From the NCBI GenBank assembly GCA_050273025.1, contig CP158635.1, positions 14,198,001 to 14,262,000 on the forward strand: 64,000 nt of DNA, in the 5' to 3' direction. Below the pieces are notes generated by a model that did not search any database, was not told where the DNA came from, and was given only the letters and a program-made list of their open reading frames with translations. Position numbers and translations under genes: made by a program. Positions 49,984 to 60,887 of the stretch are shown piece by piece. Position 1 is the first letter of the stretch, and each line of letters opens with the position of its first letter. This DNA is from Cenococcum geophilum (Eukaryota).

Positions 49984-51394
49984 CAGTCTCGGGGAATGTC
50001 AATTCCAGTCTATCACTGCCAAACTAGTGGATCAATGAAGCCATATTTTCCTCGGTAAAAAGCAGCCCTTGCTGGTACACCATGGTTGAACAGCCTCAAA
50101 CTAACTACATAAAGCACTTATGAACCGACGCAAAGATGGCCGCGGCTGCCACTGGCAACGGCTTTGCCAGCATCTTCCTCGTAGATTCTCGGGGGCTAAG
50201 GCGAACCCACGATGAGCGTAAAGCAACCTCTCCGGCGAGGTGACCGCGCACCCTATTAACGAGAGCACCTAGATGAAAACAGCGCTTAATTTAGGAAGTG
50301 CTCTATATATTTGATATGGAAGAATCTATATCGTCTGGATCCTGGCTGAAGTGGTGGTTTGTCTCCCTGACGCAGTGCGTTGGTAGCAAGCCGTTTTAGA
50401 AGTGGAATTTTGATTCCAGTTAGGATACGGATGAACGCATCCAGTACCTCAACATGGCTTGCGGAGGAGCTCTCAGGAGCAGCTTACCTAGGAGGTACGA
50501 TCTATGCAGGCTATCTTTATCGAGCGTTCGTTGAAATTAATACATCCTTTGGGGATAGGGCCAAGCTTTACGGACCCGAAGAGAGGGGCTGTAAGCTAGG
50601 TGCTGAATAGCCACTAGCACGCTCTGAATGCTCTACATAGTGCTCTGGTACACGAACATCTGGTTCCTTGCACCGTCCGATTACACTCCTCTCACTCCAG
50701 TTTGAGGCCTAGTCACTGGACTCCAAATTAATGTCGCTTCATAGTTTTCACTGCTGTTTCTATTGGGATCCTTGGGGCCAATGTTTCCGAGTGATGTAGC
50801 AGCAAATATCCTTTGCCTGCTCGAATCCAGCGACTGGGCGCTACCTATCCGACGCCAACCGCTCCTTTTCGACCACTTCAGCGCTTACCTCTTTTAAAAT
50901 TGTCAAATTGATTTGGTCAAAGAAGAGTCGTCACTGCTGACCCCTATGGAGATCGTGTACCCCTGTCTGTGCAAATGACATCGTCAGCACGTTGTGCTAG
51001 TGTGGTTGACGCGAGCGCCATTGCTTTTTGGAAACATGACTCTATTATTACTCTCGCCTACCATACAGATGGAGATTATCAGTCCATAGGACTGAAGTGA
51101 TAGGAATACCATTTTCTCTTTGATCGTTCTATATGCCATCAACAGAACTCGTTTTACGGGAAAGGTGTATAGAACCAACTCGCTTGCCTTGACAATGCAG
51201 CTAATATCTTAATTTCAACTCATTGTTCCCTAGTGGGGTGGTGACGGCAATTGGCCAAGCCCTAGCTGTTATTGGACGAAGATGTTTGCTGAGCCAATGT
51301 GAATTAAGATGGTCCCGGCAGCACATCAGCTAGCTAAATGGCCAGCTCTCTGTTATCGTCTCCAACTAAACATACAATTGAAATCTGTCTCCTA

Positions 51395-51872
51395 TCCGTG
51401 GCCTTTGTAGCTACACCTTGACCACCCACCCTTTGGGTGGGTGGTGGACAGCTTAATCGCTAGGACATCTTAATCGCCACCCTAAAACCCACCAAAAATT
51501 AGAAAATTTATACCTTAATATCTTAACAACCACTGAATAATAGATTCTAATAATTTGGATTTAGGCTTTTATATATACTCTATAGCTTCTATTAAAATTA
51601 CATAATAAACAGTTTAGTGGTTTTAAAGATATAGTATTTTGGCCTCATTTTGACCTTATTTTAGCCCCCAAATTTTAACATCTTAAAAACTACTAAACTA
51701 TTTATTTTATAATTTTAATAGAAGCTATAGAGTATATATAAAAGCCTAAATCTAAATTATTTAAAATTTATTATTTAGTGGTTGTTAAGATATTAAAGTG
51801 TGAATTTTCTAATTTTTGGTGGGTTTTAGGGTGGCGATTGAGTTGTCTACCACCCTTTGGGTGGGCCACGGA
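51395..51872. mobile_element. Fold-back MITE with TA TSD (Tc1/mariner-type target)
   Basis: TA|tccgtggcc ... ggccacgga|TA. Internal arms ~51470-51630 and ~51680-51840 are near-perfect reverse complements; the AT-rich core looks RIPped. Confidence 0.88.
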
Positions 51873-52335
51873 TAACTGTAACTTCGAAATCTTGGCTATC
51901 GTATACTAACCTCGCGTGTAAAAACCCGAAATCACGGGAAGGCAACCAACGCCTCCTGTTGATTGGTTCATATTCTTGCGAATGTCAGATAGTTTTCCCA
52001 TTAGAACCCCAATGCTCTTCTTTAATTAAGCCTCAAAGTTCGTAAGCTGTGATTGGCATGCAAGTCACGAGAAGGCAAAGCAGTTGCCTAGTAGCGGTTC
52101 GCCAACTTGCGAATGTTCCGTTCTTTTAAGAGCCAAGAGCCTCATTCTCACCTTGCAGCATGATATATATACGCCTCTGGACCTCAAAATGCATTCCTTC
52201 GCTCATACCACATCCTACCTAAATCCGGATTCACCACCCCGAGCGTTGATAGGTACCAGTCGAAAATTAGGCACATCATGATCTCAACTTACAATTTTTA
52301 GGACGCCATAGAAAATAGTTACCACCCTGCGCAAT

Positions 52336-52739
52336 ATGATATTATCCCGCAGCGATAGCATCAATATCACTGGGGTAGTCCTCACATTTGCCATTGGATT
52401 CCTCGCCCTCATTGTCGGCTTTGCTACTTGGCAATTGCAACGGCGTTTGCAACGTCGCTCCACTAGGTCCCAGAGGTGCGTTTCGCCATTATTATTATAC
52501 AGGTTAGATAGTCCCGGCTTCCCTTTCCCCTCCTTGCTACTAGGCCAATGTTCTGCAGAAAGCACTGGGTTGATTGATTTAGACCCAGCAGCCATTCCCA
52601 ACACCTAACTGCTCAGGCACAACCTCTGCCTCTCGAAACACAAATACCGCGCTCGAATGGTATATTTGATGATTGTCTATCCAGGTATCGGTATCGGTAC
52701 CTAGAAGTCATGGTGGAAGAAAGAAGAATCTCGTCGTGA
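52336..52739 (+). CDS. Small single-TM protein, paralog 2; exons 52336-52502 and 52583-52739; 107 aa; function unknown
   Basis: 'INITGVVLTFAIGFLALIVGFATWQLQRR'; phase-2 intron gttaga...tttag at the homologous Tyr-Arg codon; spliced C-terminus 'SRYRYRYLEVMVEERRISS*'. Confidence 0.7.
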
Positions 52740-53420
52740 CTTATCTCATTTCGTGGCAGAATGTTGGTGGGGGGGGGGCACGTGCGTACTGCTCCCTATA
52801 CCCCCTTGAATTCTTCAGCGAAGCGTCTGATTTTATGAGATAAGTCGTGACTGGTTGACGCTGTTTTGAAGACGCATTTAGGAGCGGGGACCTTCATTCC
52901 TGCTTGAATTGCGTTTCTGGGAAGCTACATTGTGAAAGATTTCACGCAAAGAAACCTCAAAAGTCCAGATGGCACCTTAAATTTCTTGCATATCTCATTA
53001 GCGGCGCGCAGGAATTACTTTAAAACCTTTCCTCTCATAGGAGCAATTGCCGCCTCCGGGTGGCCTTTCACGTAACTTAAATAAGAAATCCTGTCTACCC
53101 CTGCAAGAAGGACGCAAAGAAACCGGTTTCTTCAAAGCCTCTTAAGTGATATTGGTTTGTCCTCTGGTCTCGTTAAAGCAGCTTGACTATCTCCGCCCCG
53201 TTCGAGAGATTTCAAGAACGCCAAAGCTAAGATACACATGAATCTTACCAATGGAGATACATGCTACTTGTACCGGAGGCCATAATTCAAGAGGCGCCGA
53301 TTAATAGCTTATTTTCGGCATATAAACTCTGAAACCTGGACACCGACACCAACCGACCCGTTCCTACTAAGCTTATTTGCAAAAAGCCTGGGCAGTGTTG
53401 GCTAAGAAGATTTGGGATTA

Positions 53421-55915
53421 TCATTTGTCGAAATACTTCTGTATACGATCAACGAGGTCGGCTTTCTTTCCCGAAGTCGGAAGCCGTCTTGCACCTAGCC
53501 ATTCTTTTAGGACTGGCATTGTGAGCTATAATCCGTCACTCCGTCAGTAAAAATTACATTCAGCAGCTCGGCAAATTGATATTCTTACCTTACTGATATT
53601 ACCTCTCTCATTTTGTTCCATCATTTCCGCATCCGTCATGCCTCTATCAGACGTACTGGCCGGAGGGGCGCCGGATTCGGTTTTGACGCGTTTGGCTAGC
53701 GATGTAGCGTGTGCAGCGGCGGTATCTGCACTACGTTTGGTGAGAGCTGATGAAGACTTCCGGCTCTTGGATGCCCAGTGGCGGTACTCATTCTCGAGTT
53801 CTTCGCCCCATTCAATTACATATTGACCAGCCCGCTGGAATCTTTGGTGTTAGAAGTATATTAACGGATAGACAGAGGATAGAAATGGTAATCTAAGATG
53901 TGACAGATATGAGAACTGTTGAATATGGGGATGACCGAAGAAAAAGATGGAATTCATTTTCCATCCTGTTGTGCATTTACTGTTCGCTGCTAGGCTTCTG
54001 CACAAGGGAGCGGCCAATGCTGGACCAGTCGAAAAGGTGAGGATGGAACAAATGATGAGCTTGAGAAGTGAAAGTGAAGAGGTTTGGAATTGCATTCGTC
54101 CTAATTGGAGGGAAATGATGCGTACCTTGTCAATTTGCTTGTACTTTGGGATCGTCTTGTCCTCAGGGCGTTCTGGGAGATCCTCCTCAAGCGCGATAGC
54201 CTGAAGGATGCGATAGAACCACTGAAGAGCTAGAAACCAACATCAGCCATCCACACCTGAATACCGCCATCTCTTCCTTAGAGAATCTGCTCACATGGAT
54301 TTGGATACCTAACGGGATCATAAATCGCTTTAGGTAACTGAAGCTGTTGGATCACAGATCTCATCAAATCCGTTAGTGTGTCTGTCGTCTGTACAAGTGT
54401 CGTCTCTGGATTTTGTCGTATATCGTCTGCAAACGGCAGTGGCACAATCCATATACCCGGAGGCATGAGTTGTTCGTCATTGTCACCCAGTTGTTCCGCT
54501 CCAGGGATAAGGGCTGCAATGACAGGAGCCGCATTCTTACGTGCGATGAACCATGCTATACCCATTTTCTTGTCTTTCAGTAGCTTTTGCTGCAAGGCAG
54601 AGAAGACGCGTGTAGAGCCAACATAGTCAGTTTCAGAGGGATAGATGAAGGTTGGGGTCCGTAAGTTAGCCCAGATTGGGAGCATAGACATCGGCTTGAA
54701 GCCAATGATCCTAATCACAGGCTCGCCAAAGCAGTTTCGCATGTCCTTGATTTGGTCAGGCGTGAAAGATACCGCTTCCCCTCCAAACTTATACGCCTTG
54801 CGAATCTCTGTCTTCTCAACCGTGCGTGCGGTATCTTCCGCCATCTGCGTAGTAGAGCCAGTGGCAATCTGCGCTTTTTCGCCACCGAGCCAGACATAGC
54901 AAGATCTCACTTTCTCTTGTCGCTTGATCATAATGTAACCCTTAACACCAATTCTAACTTCGGGACCGATTTCCAAGGGAAGATTAAAAAGAGCGCGACG
55001 AGGAGCGGCTTTTGAGTTTATGGAAGAAAGGAGAGACTGCAAGAGAGTGATGCCATCTCCACTTGATGAGTTCTTTGCTGCCGAGGAGATAGGAGCAGGT
55101 GAATCAGGATCTGAGAGGGATGTTCGGTAGATGATGTCCTGGAATTGTAAGTGGGGTGTTGGATGAATATAGATCCTGCTCTTACATCGTAGAACTTGGC
55201 ACGATCAAAGCCATACCCAGGCTTTGAGATAGGGAAGAGCTCAATTATTACGCCGAGATCATATAGATCCTTTGCTCGGACTGCTGCTGCAGACCTTAGA
55301 GACCTATCGTCCGCATGAGGATTGTCATTATCTGTAACTAGAAACAATCGCCTTGAAGAGAAGTTCGGTGCATTGGTGGTGAAAACCTGATTGGCACAGA
55401 ATAGCAGGTTCGACATGTTGACGCCCTCTTTAGATGGGACCAACAATTCCTCGGACTCTGCCTCATCCTCAACCAGATTCCTCAATCGTTTAACGTCTCC
55501 GGCAGCAGGAACATCAAGGTCCGCTAAGAGATAACAGTGAGGATATGCCATATCACTAGCACTTGTCTCGTCAAATTTAGTCTCTTTGGTGCCGAAGAGC
55601 AGTATGCCCATCATGTCGTTTGGGTTGGATATTATGCGCTGCTGCATCAGTTGGTAGGCACATTTTAGGGCTGCGGAAGTTGGAGAATCTCTATCTGCTT
55701 TCTTATTATCGGAGGGAGGAGGGCGTTTGAGCATTGAAGGGCTGACGTCAATTGCGAAGAGCACGGCATCTTTGACGGTTTTGTAGCCCTGAAGAATGAT
55801 GAGCAAGAGTCATTATTTAGACAAGTATAGTTCCTACAGTATCATCGATTTCCTCCTCTTCCTCTTCTTCGTCCTTTTCTCCCTCGTGTCGATTGTATTC
55901 TAAAGCATCCGCCAT
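53421..55915 (-). CDS. ku70: Ku70 NHEJ DNA end-binding subunit; exons 55838-55915, 55186-55788, 54295-55138, 54126-54229, 53589-53834, 53421-53525; 659 aa
   Basis: vWA '[11 protein letters not shown]', Ku core '[16 protein letters not shown]' and '[20 protein letters not shown]', C-terminal SAP '[10 protein letters not shown]...SGKKADLV'. All five GT-AG introns are frame-consistent. Confidence 0.96.
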
Positions 55916-56187
55916 TACTAGTCGATTTAGGTGAGGATGTGAGGATGTGAGGATGTGGTTGGCGGGGTTGATTAGGATAGTGGTGGTGTTGAGGCGCTCG
56001 AGGCAGACGCCGACGACGCGAAAGGTCGCGCAGTCACATGTTTCCGGTCTTCGATTGGGTAATAACGATCGAAAAGTAGACTTGCTGACGATATGAAAAC
56101 TTCCGGACTCCAGCTTCGCCGCCCAACATCATGCTCCCAGTACCAATTACATCCCTTCTCAATCGCTTGACCTAAAACCCTTCGACA
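55916..56187. promoter_or_regulatory. 272-bp divergent intergenic region (putative bidirectional promoter) between ku70 and hem15; contains (gtgaggat)x3 at 55931-55954
   Basis: The start codons point away from each other only 272 bp apart. Confidence 0.75.
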
Positions 56188-57526
56188 ATGGCCCTTCGCA
56201 CTCCCCTTACACAATTCTCGAAGCGCGCCCCAACCGCTCAAATCGCTAAATGTACTGGTACTCCAGTATCTTCGTTATGGAATCTGCACTTGAGAGAACC
56301 ATTCCAGAGAGGAAAGACAGACATCGTGCCACCAGTTACTCAAGATGCCACAGGCTCGAAAGGGCCAACGGCGATTGTCTTTATGAACATGGGTGGGCCC
56401 TCTACGACGGACGAAGTCGGCAGCTTTCTAAGTAGATTATTTGTAACACTTTCTAAACATAGTCATATGTCACAGCGAACTAATATTTCTACAGGCTGAT
56501 GGTGATCTTATCCCTCTTGGCCGTCTCCAGAACTACATTGGTCCCCTCATTGCTCGGCGACGCACTCCAAAAATTCAAAAGCAGTATGCAGACATCGGCG
56601 GCGGTTCGCCCATCCGCAAATGGTCTGAATATCAATCCTCCGAGATGTGTAGGATTCTTGACCAAATATCGCCCGAGACCGCACCGCATAAACCATACGT
56701 CGCTTTCCGCTATGCAGACCCGCTAACCGAGGAAATGTATATGAGGCTTATAGAAGATGGGTTTGGCGCTGGAAAAGGAGGGAGAGCAGTTGCATTTACG
56801 CAATATCCGCAATACTCATGTTCAACGACTGGATCCTCACTAAATGAACTATGGAAATGGCGGAACAGGCTCGAAGGGAAGAGGGCATCTGGAGAGGTGG
56901 ATCCTGAAGGTGCTATCAAATGGAGCGTGATCGACCGGTGGCCCATTCACACAGGCCTTGTGGAAGCATTTGCTCGCAATATCGAGGACACTCTCGCAAC
57001 CTATCCGGAGGAGAGAAGAGACAATGTCGTTCTGTTGTTCTCCGCGCACAGCCTTCCCATGTCTGTAGTTAATCGTGGCGACCCGTACCCTGCCGAAGTT
57101 GGCGCCACTGTTCATGCGGTCATGCGTCGTCTCGGGATGAAATACCCGTATCGCCTAGTCTGGCAGTCACAGGTTGGGCCACAACCATGGCTGGGTGCTC
57201 AAACGAGTGAAACCGTGGAACAGTACGTCAAGAAAGGGCAGACGGACATCATTCTTATCCCAATCGCCTTCACCAGCGACCATATTGAGACGTTATATGA
57301 GCTTGATAAGGAAATCATTGGCGAAGCAGGGCAAGAGGGAATTAAAAGAGTGGAGAGCCTCAACGGCAACCCAATCTTTATTAAGGCGTTAGCAGATATC
57401 GCAAAAGACCATTTAGGCAGCGGGAGCGCCTGCAGTCCGCAGATGATATTAAGGTGTCCTGGCTGCAATAGTGAGAGATGTCTCGAACAGAAAAGGTTTT
57501 TTGCGGGGCAGATAAAGAATTTGTGA
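56188..57526 (+). CDS. hem15: Mitochondrial ferrochelatase; exons 56188-56442 and 56495-57526; 428 aa
   Basis: Motifs 'MNMGGP', 'FTQYPQYSCSTTGSS', 'FSAHSLP', 'WQSQVGP' and 'PIAFTSDHIETLYELD'; basic N-terminal presequence; C-terminal Cys cluster. Confidence 0.97.
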
Positions 57527-58252
57527 GGGCTGCAAAAAAGCGTGGCTTTCCGCTTCCGGGTATTATATAGGTTGTATCATGGATGGGGTATGAAATCCAT
57601 GCTGAAAATATCTGAATGGGCTTGCGTGCTCGGAAATTCTCTGATCATTCCAGGTTCCGAACTTCTTAGCCAAAGAGACTGGTTAGATCCGGCATAACAG
57701 TGGAGAATTTGTTGAAAGGATAGTATTTTCTTATATGGGCAGTGCTTGTCCTGGCTTCGTTGACGCAAGGTGCGACAGGTGATTTCTTTCTGCATTTCAC
57801 TCCGTCAACTTAAATTGTCCTTGAGCACTGATCCTTTATAGAATCCATAGGTGAGTTCATAAATTGGCTATCGACACTGGAAAGACTGCGACAAGTGTAA
57901 CTACCTTTGACCAGTGACGTTGTACTCGGTGCCTATCAAAAGCTGGGCAGGAACTTCAGTCTCCATATGTGAGTATACGTTCTCCCATTCACCGCTTGAC
58001 GCCCATGCGTAACAGCCATCTGACACCATATGAAAAGGAAAAGGAAAAGGAGGAGCTCTCGATCGTTCTCTGCCTTCGGCACTAATCAGAACTCGAAATG
58101 CAGGCACCAGGCTCAAGAAAAAATCAAGCGCACATGAATCCATCAAGCTAGAAACTGACCAGAAAACATGTGCTATTCGGCCAAAAAAAAAAGACTAGAA
58201 GGGAGAGCAAGCAGCTACAAATGAGAGGAGCGCTCAGAGGTGTCCCCGAAAC

Positions 58253-58780
58253 CTAGTCGCTGATTGACAATGTTGAGTTGTCACAGATGAAGGTAACATA
58301 GCCGACTACCACATAAGTTTAGCATCTGGCAAAAATTTCCCAGCCAGAAAGAAGTATTGTCAGTCACTTACGAGCATAGTTATCTCCAGAACCCCCGCAT
58401 TGAGCGTTCATGAACTGATTGAAATACTGCTGACACAATGCCGCCGTAAATGTGGTTTTGCCCATAACACACTGGTCCCCAATGTGCACCTTCGCAAACA
58501 AGTTGCCCGCCGTGCCACTGGAATTTACGAACGGCCCCTCGAGTGGCATACAGGCCGTAATAGCGGAGCAGGCTTGCGCAATAGCAAGGTTTGCTGTCAA
58601 GGCGGGAACGAGGCGTTGCGAGCAAGTGAATTTGGTTGCGTAATTGTACTTGAAGCAGGCGTCTGGGTCCCGGGCGGCAAGATAGTTGCCAGTAGAATCG
58701 GCTATAGAATTGACCATAGGGCCAGCGATTGTTTTAGGTGTAAGGGTCACGAAGGCTATGAGGACGGTAAATAAATACAT
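58253..58780 (-). CDS. Small secreted cysteine-rich protein (candidate effector); exons 58372-58780 and 58253-58305; 153 aa, 8 Cys
   Basis: Hydrophobic N-terminus 'MYLFTVLIAFVTLTPKTIA'; pro-region ending LAAR; intron gtaagt...gctaaac...tag adds 'LGYVTFICDNSTLSISD*', which supplies the eighth Cys. Confidence 0.78.
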
Positions 58781-58976
58781 GCTAGATGAGTTGAGCAGGC
58801 TTTATTGGACGACAGGATGTTCCGATGAGAAGAAATGGTCTGTTGGAGGCAGGGTGTAAAAGCGTAAGGAAGGAGGATGACAAGGGAACAGAGAAACTTC
58901 ATGTGCAATACAAACGGAAGAAAGAGATTTTTCTTGGGAGACTTTTCCGTGAATTTGAAACTCTAACACCGTTGGG

Positions 58977-59058
58977 TATATCTGGCCTTAATATATCTGG
59001 CCTTTATATCTGGCCTTTATATCTGGCCTTGAATATCTGCCTTCAGTATATCTGGTCT
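58977..59058. repeat. Six tandem copies of an atatctggcctt-type unit ~200 bp upstream of the secreted-protein gene
   Basis: Directly visible, with 13-15-bp spacing. Confidence 0.85.
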
Positions 59059-59760
59059 CACGCAATTTTTAATTTAGCAGAGACGAAATGCTGTCAGGAA
59101 ATCAGGTACTATCTGCCGATGGCGATGAATCGAATAATAATGTTCATTGCAGGTCGAAATTCTTTGCATTTATGGACCGAATGTGTTACCGAGGGGTGTG
59201 GCCGACAAACCAACTCAACGTCTCACCTGTTTGAGGATACACCTGACCGGCTGGATTACATGAACGGATTGATACTCTTAATTTGGGCTGATTAAACATC
59301 CTTATCGTTTTGTGATGACTTTTGATGGTATATCTTACCAGATAGCCTACTTAGTTACTAGCCAACAGGGTTTTCACTTGAACCGGTTAAGCCGATCTGG
59401 CTGTTTAACGACCCGTGGATTGTGTGTCAACATTTCGTTCAGGTTGATCCACGGTAATTCAGATTGCAAGCTAATTGGTTTGGGGTGTTATTTGGCTTTT
59501 CTCCAAACCATTGGGAATAGGCTTCGTGGGTCTTATCCCAGCCGAATGTAGGCCGACCTGGAGTTATGTGGACAACTTACGAGCAAGACATTAGCCATTG
59601 GTATATCAATATTCCTTTAGATATACTTCTGTCTTCACGAAGGGTATTTGAACCACTGGCAGGCAAATCGTCAAGGCAAATTAAATCTAATAGAACGTTG
59701 TGCGTGTCGACGCTTAGACGGTCGAGTTTCTGCTATATTGCCTGTTATCAGGGCTTCCAT

Positions 59761-60887
59761 CAGTATTGAATATTGCTTATTAATATTAAATATTAAATAT
59801 TAAACGTTCAATATCAATATTAATACAAAATGTTTAATACTAAAAGATATTAAATATTAAAGATTTTTAGAGTTAAGGTGGTAAAAATATCGGTAAATGG
59901 CTCTTAGGCCTCCTTATAATATATACATATTTTAAATTTATTAGGTAAACCTATAGAAAGTAGAAATTATTAAATATTAAATTAAGTCTTATAAGGCATC
60001 GCGTATAATATCGTTAATTTTAATAATTTTTATCCCCCCCTATACTCTACCCTTAATTAACGCTATACCTCCCTTATCTACTATTATAATTAATAATAAT
60101 AATATATCCTTTTATGCCATTTCCGAGCTTAATTCTAATTAGTTTATCTACTTTAGCGGCAATAATAACGCGTTAAGCAACTCTACACTAAATATACTAA
60201 CTATAGCCACCCTAAAGTTGTCTTATAAAAGGCATAGGTTAGCTACTTTTATATAAAAGCTTACCCGCAATCCTCTCCCTTATAAAGCTATTCGCGATAG
60301 TAAGAATTAGATATAGTACTGCTTAATATATAAATAAAATTCTGTCTCCTTAATATCTATTCGCGCCTACCTAGCTAAAAAGTATAGTATAAAGATTTAA
60401 GCTAGAGAGGTTTAAGCAAAGCAATTATAAGAGAAGCGCCTCTTAAATATACTAAACAGCTTATAAGCCTCTAGATAGGTTAAACGCAAAGTTTAAAAAG
60501 AGTAAGTTCTTTAAGCTACTATTAATCGCGACGCCTTTAATAAAGCTCTTATATAGCTTATTACTATATAAAATCTACTATATAATATAGCTACCTAGCT
60601 AAAGCTATACGCGTTACTTATAACAGTTAATTATACTATAGAGAAAGTTATAATTAATGCAAAATTAACTATACTAAAGCTAATTAAGTAATCGTATATA
60701 GTATACCGCTATATTCTAAAGTTAAAGCTTTAAAGCTCTCTTTTAAAAATCCACTTCTTAATTAATATATAAACGTTACTAAACCACTATTCCTTTTAAG
60801 CAATTATTGTTTATTTTATTAAAGTAGAAATAGGGCAGTTATAGAAGGCTTTACTTACTCTACTAGAACTTCCTTTATATAGTAGTA
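59761..60887 (+). mobile_element. hAT DNA transposon 5' half, RIP-degraded, interrupted by Gypsy G copy 2
   Basis: Starts cagtattg with subterminal aatatt repeats. BED-finger remnant ~60310-60390 (de-RIP WYCSMC...IRAHLAKKHGI) and 'KIHFLINI*T' (KIHFSIDMWT, first catalytic Asp region) ~60746-60777. The right TIR is outside the window. Confidence 0.75.

Noticed and set aside
50380..51178. ORFs 50380-50610 (+) and 50984-51178 (-) between the paralogs
   Set aside because: Short, with non-ATG starts as called, and no recognisable motif or splice model; a decayed gene cannot be excluded but is unsupported.
47183..57468. Antisense or alternate-frame ORFs overlapping the MFS, ku70 and hem15 genes
   Set aside because: Shadow frames of well-supported genes with no independent motifs.
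46872..57526. MFS transporter plus ferrochelatase as a heme-handling gene cluster
   Set aside because: The SLC46-like assignment is loose and substrate cannot be inferred; the genes are separated by unrelated loci.
58825..59769. ORFs 58825-59295, 59312-59551 and 59566-59769
   Set aside because: No domain features; the longest runs through the promoter tandem repeat and is likely non-coding upstream DNA.
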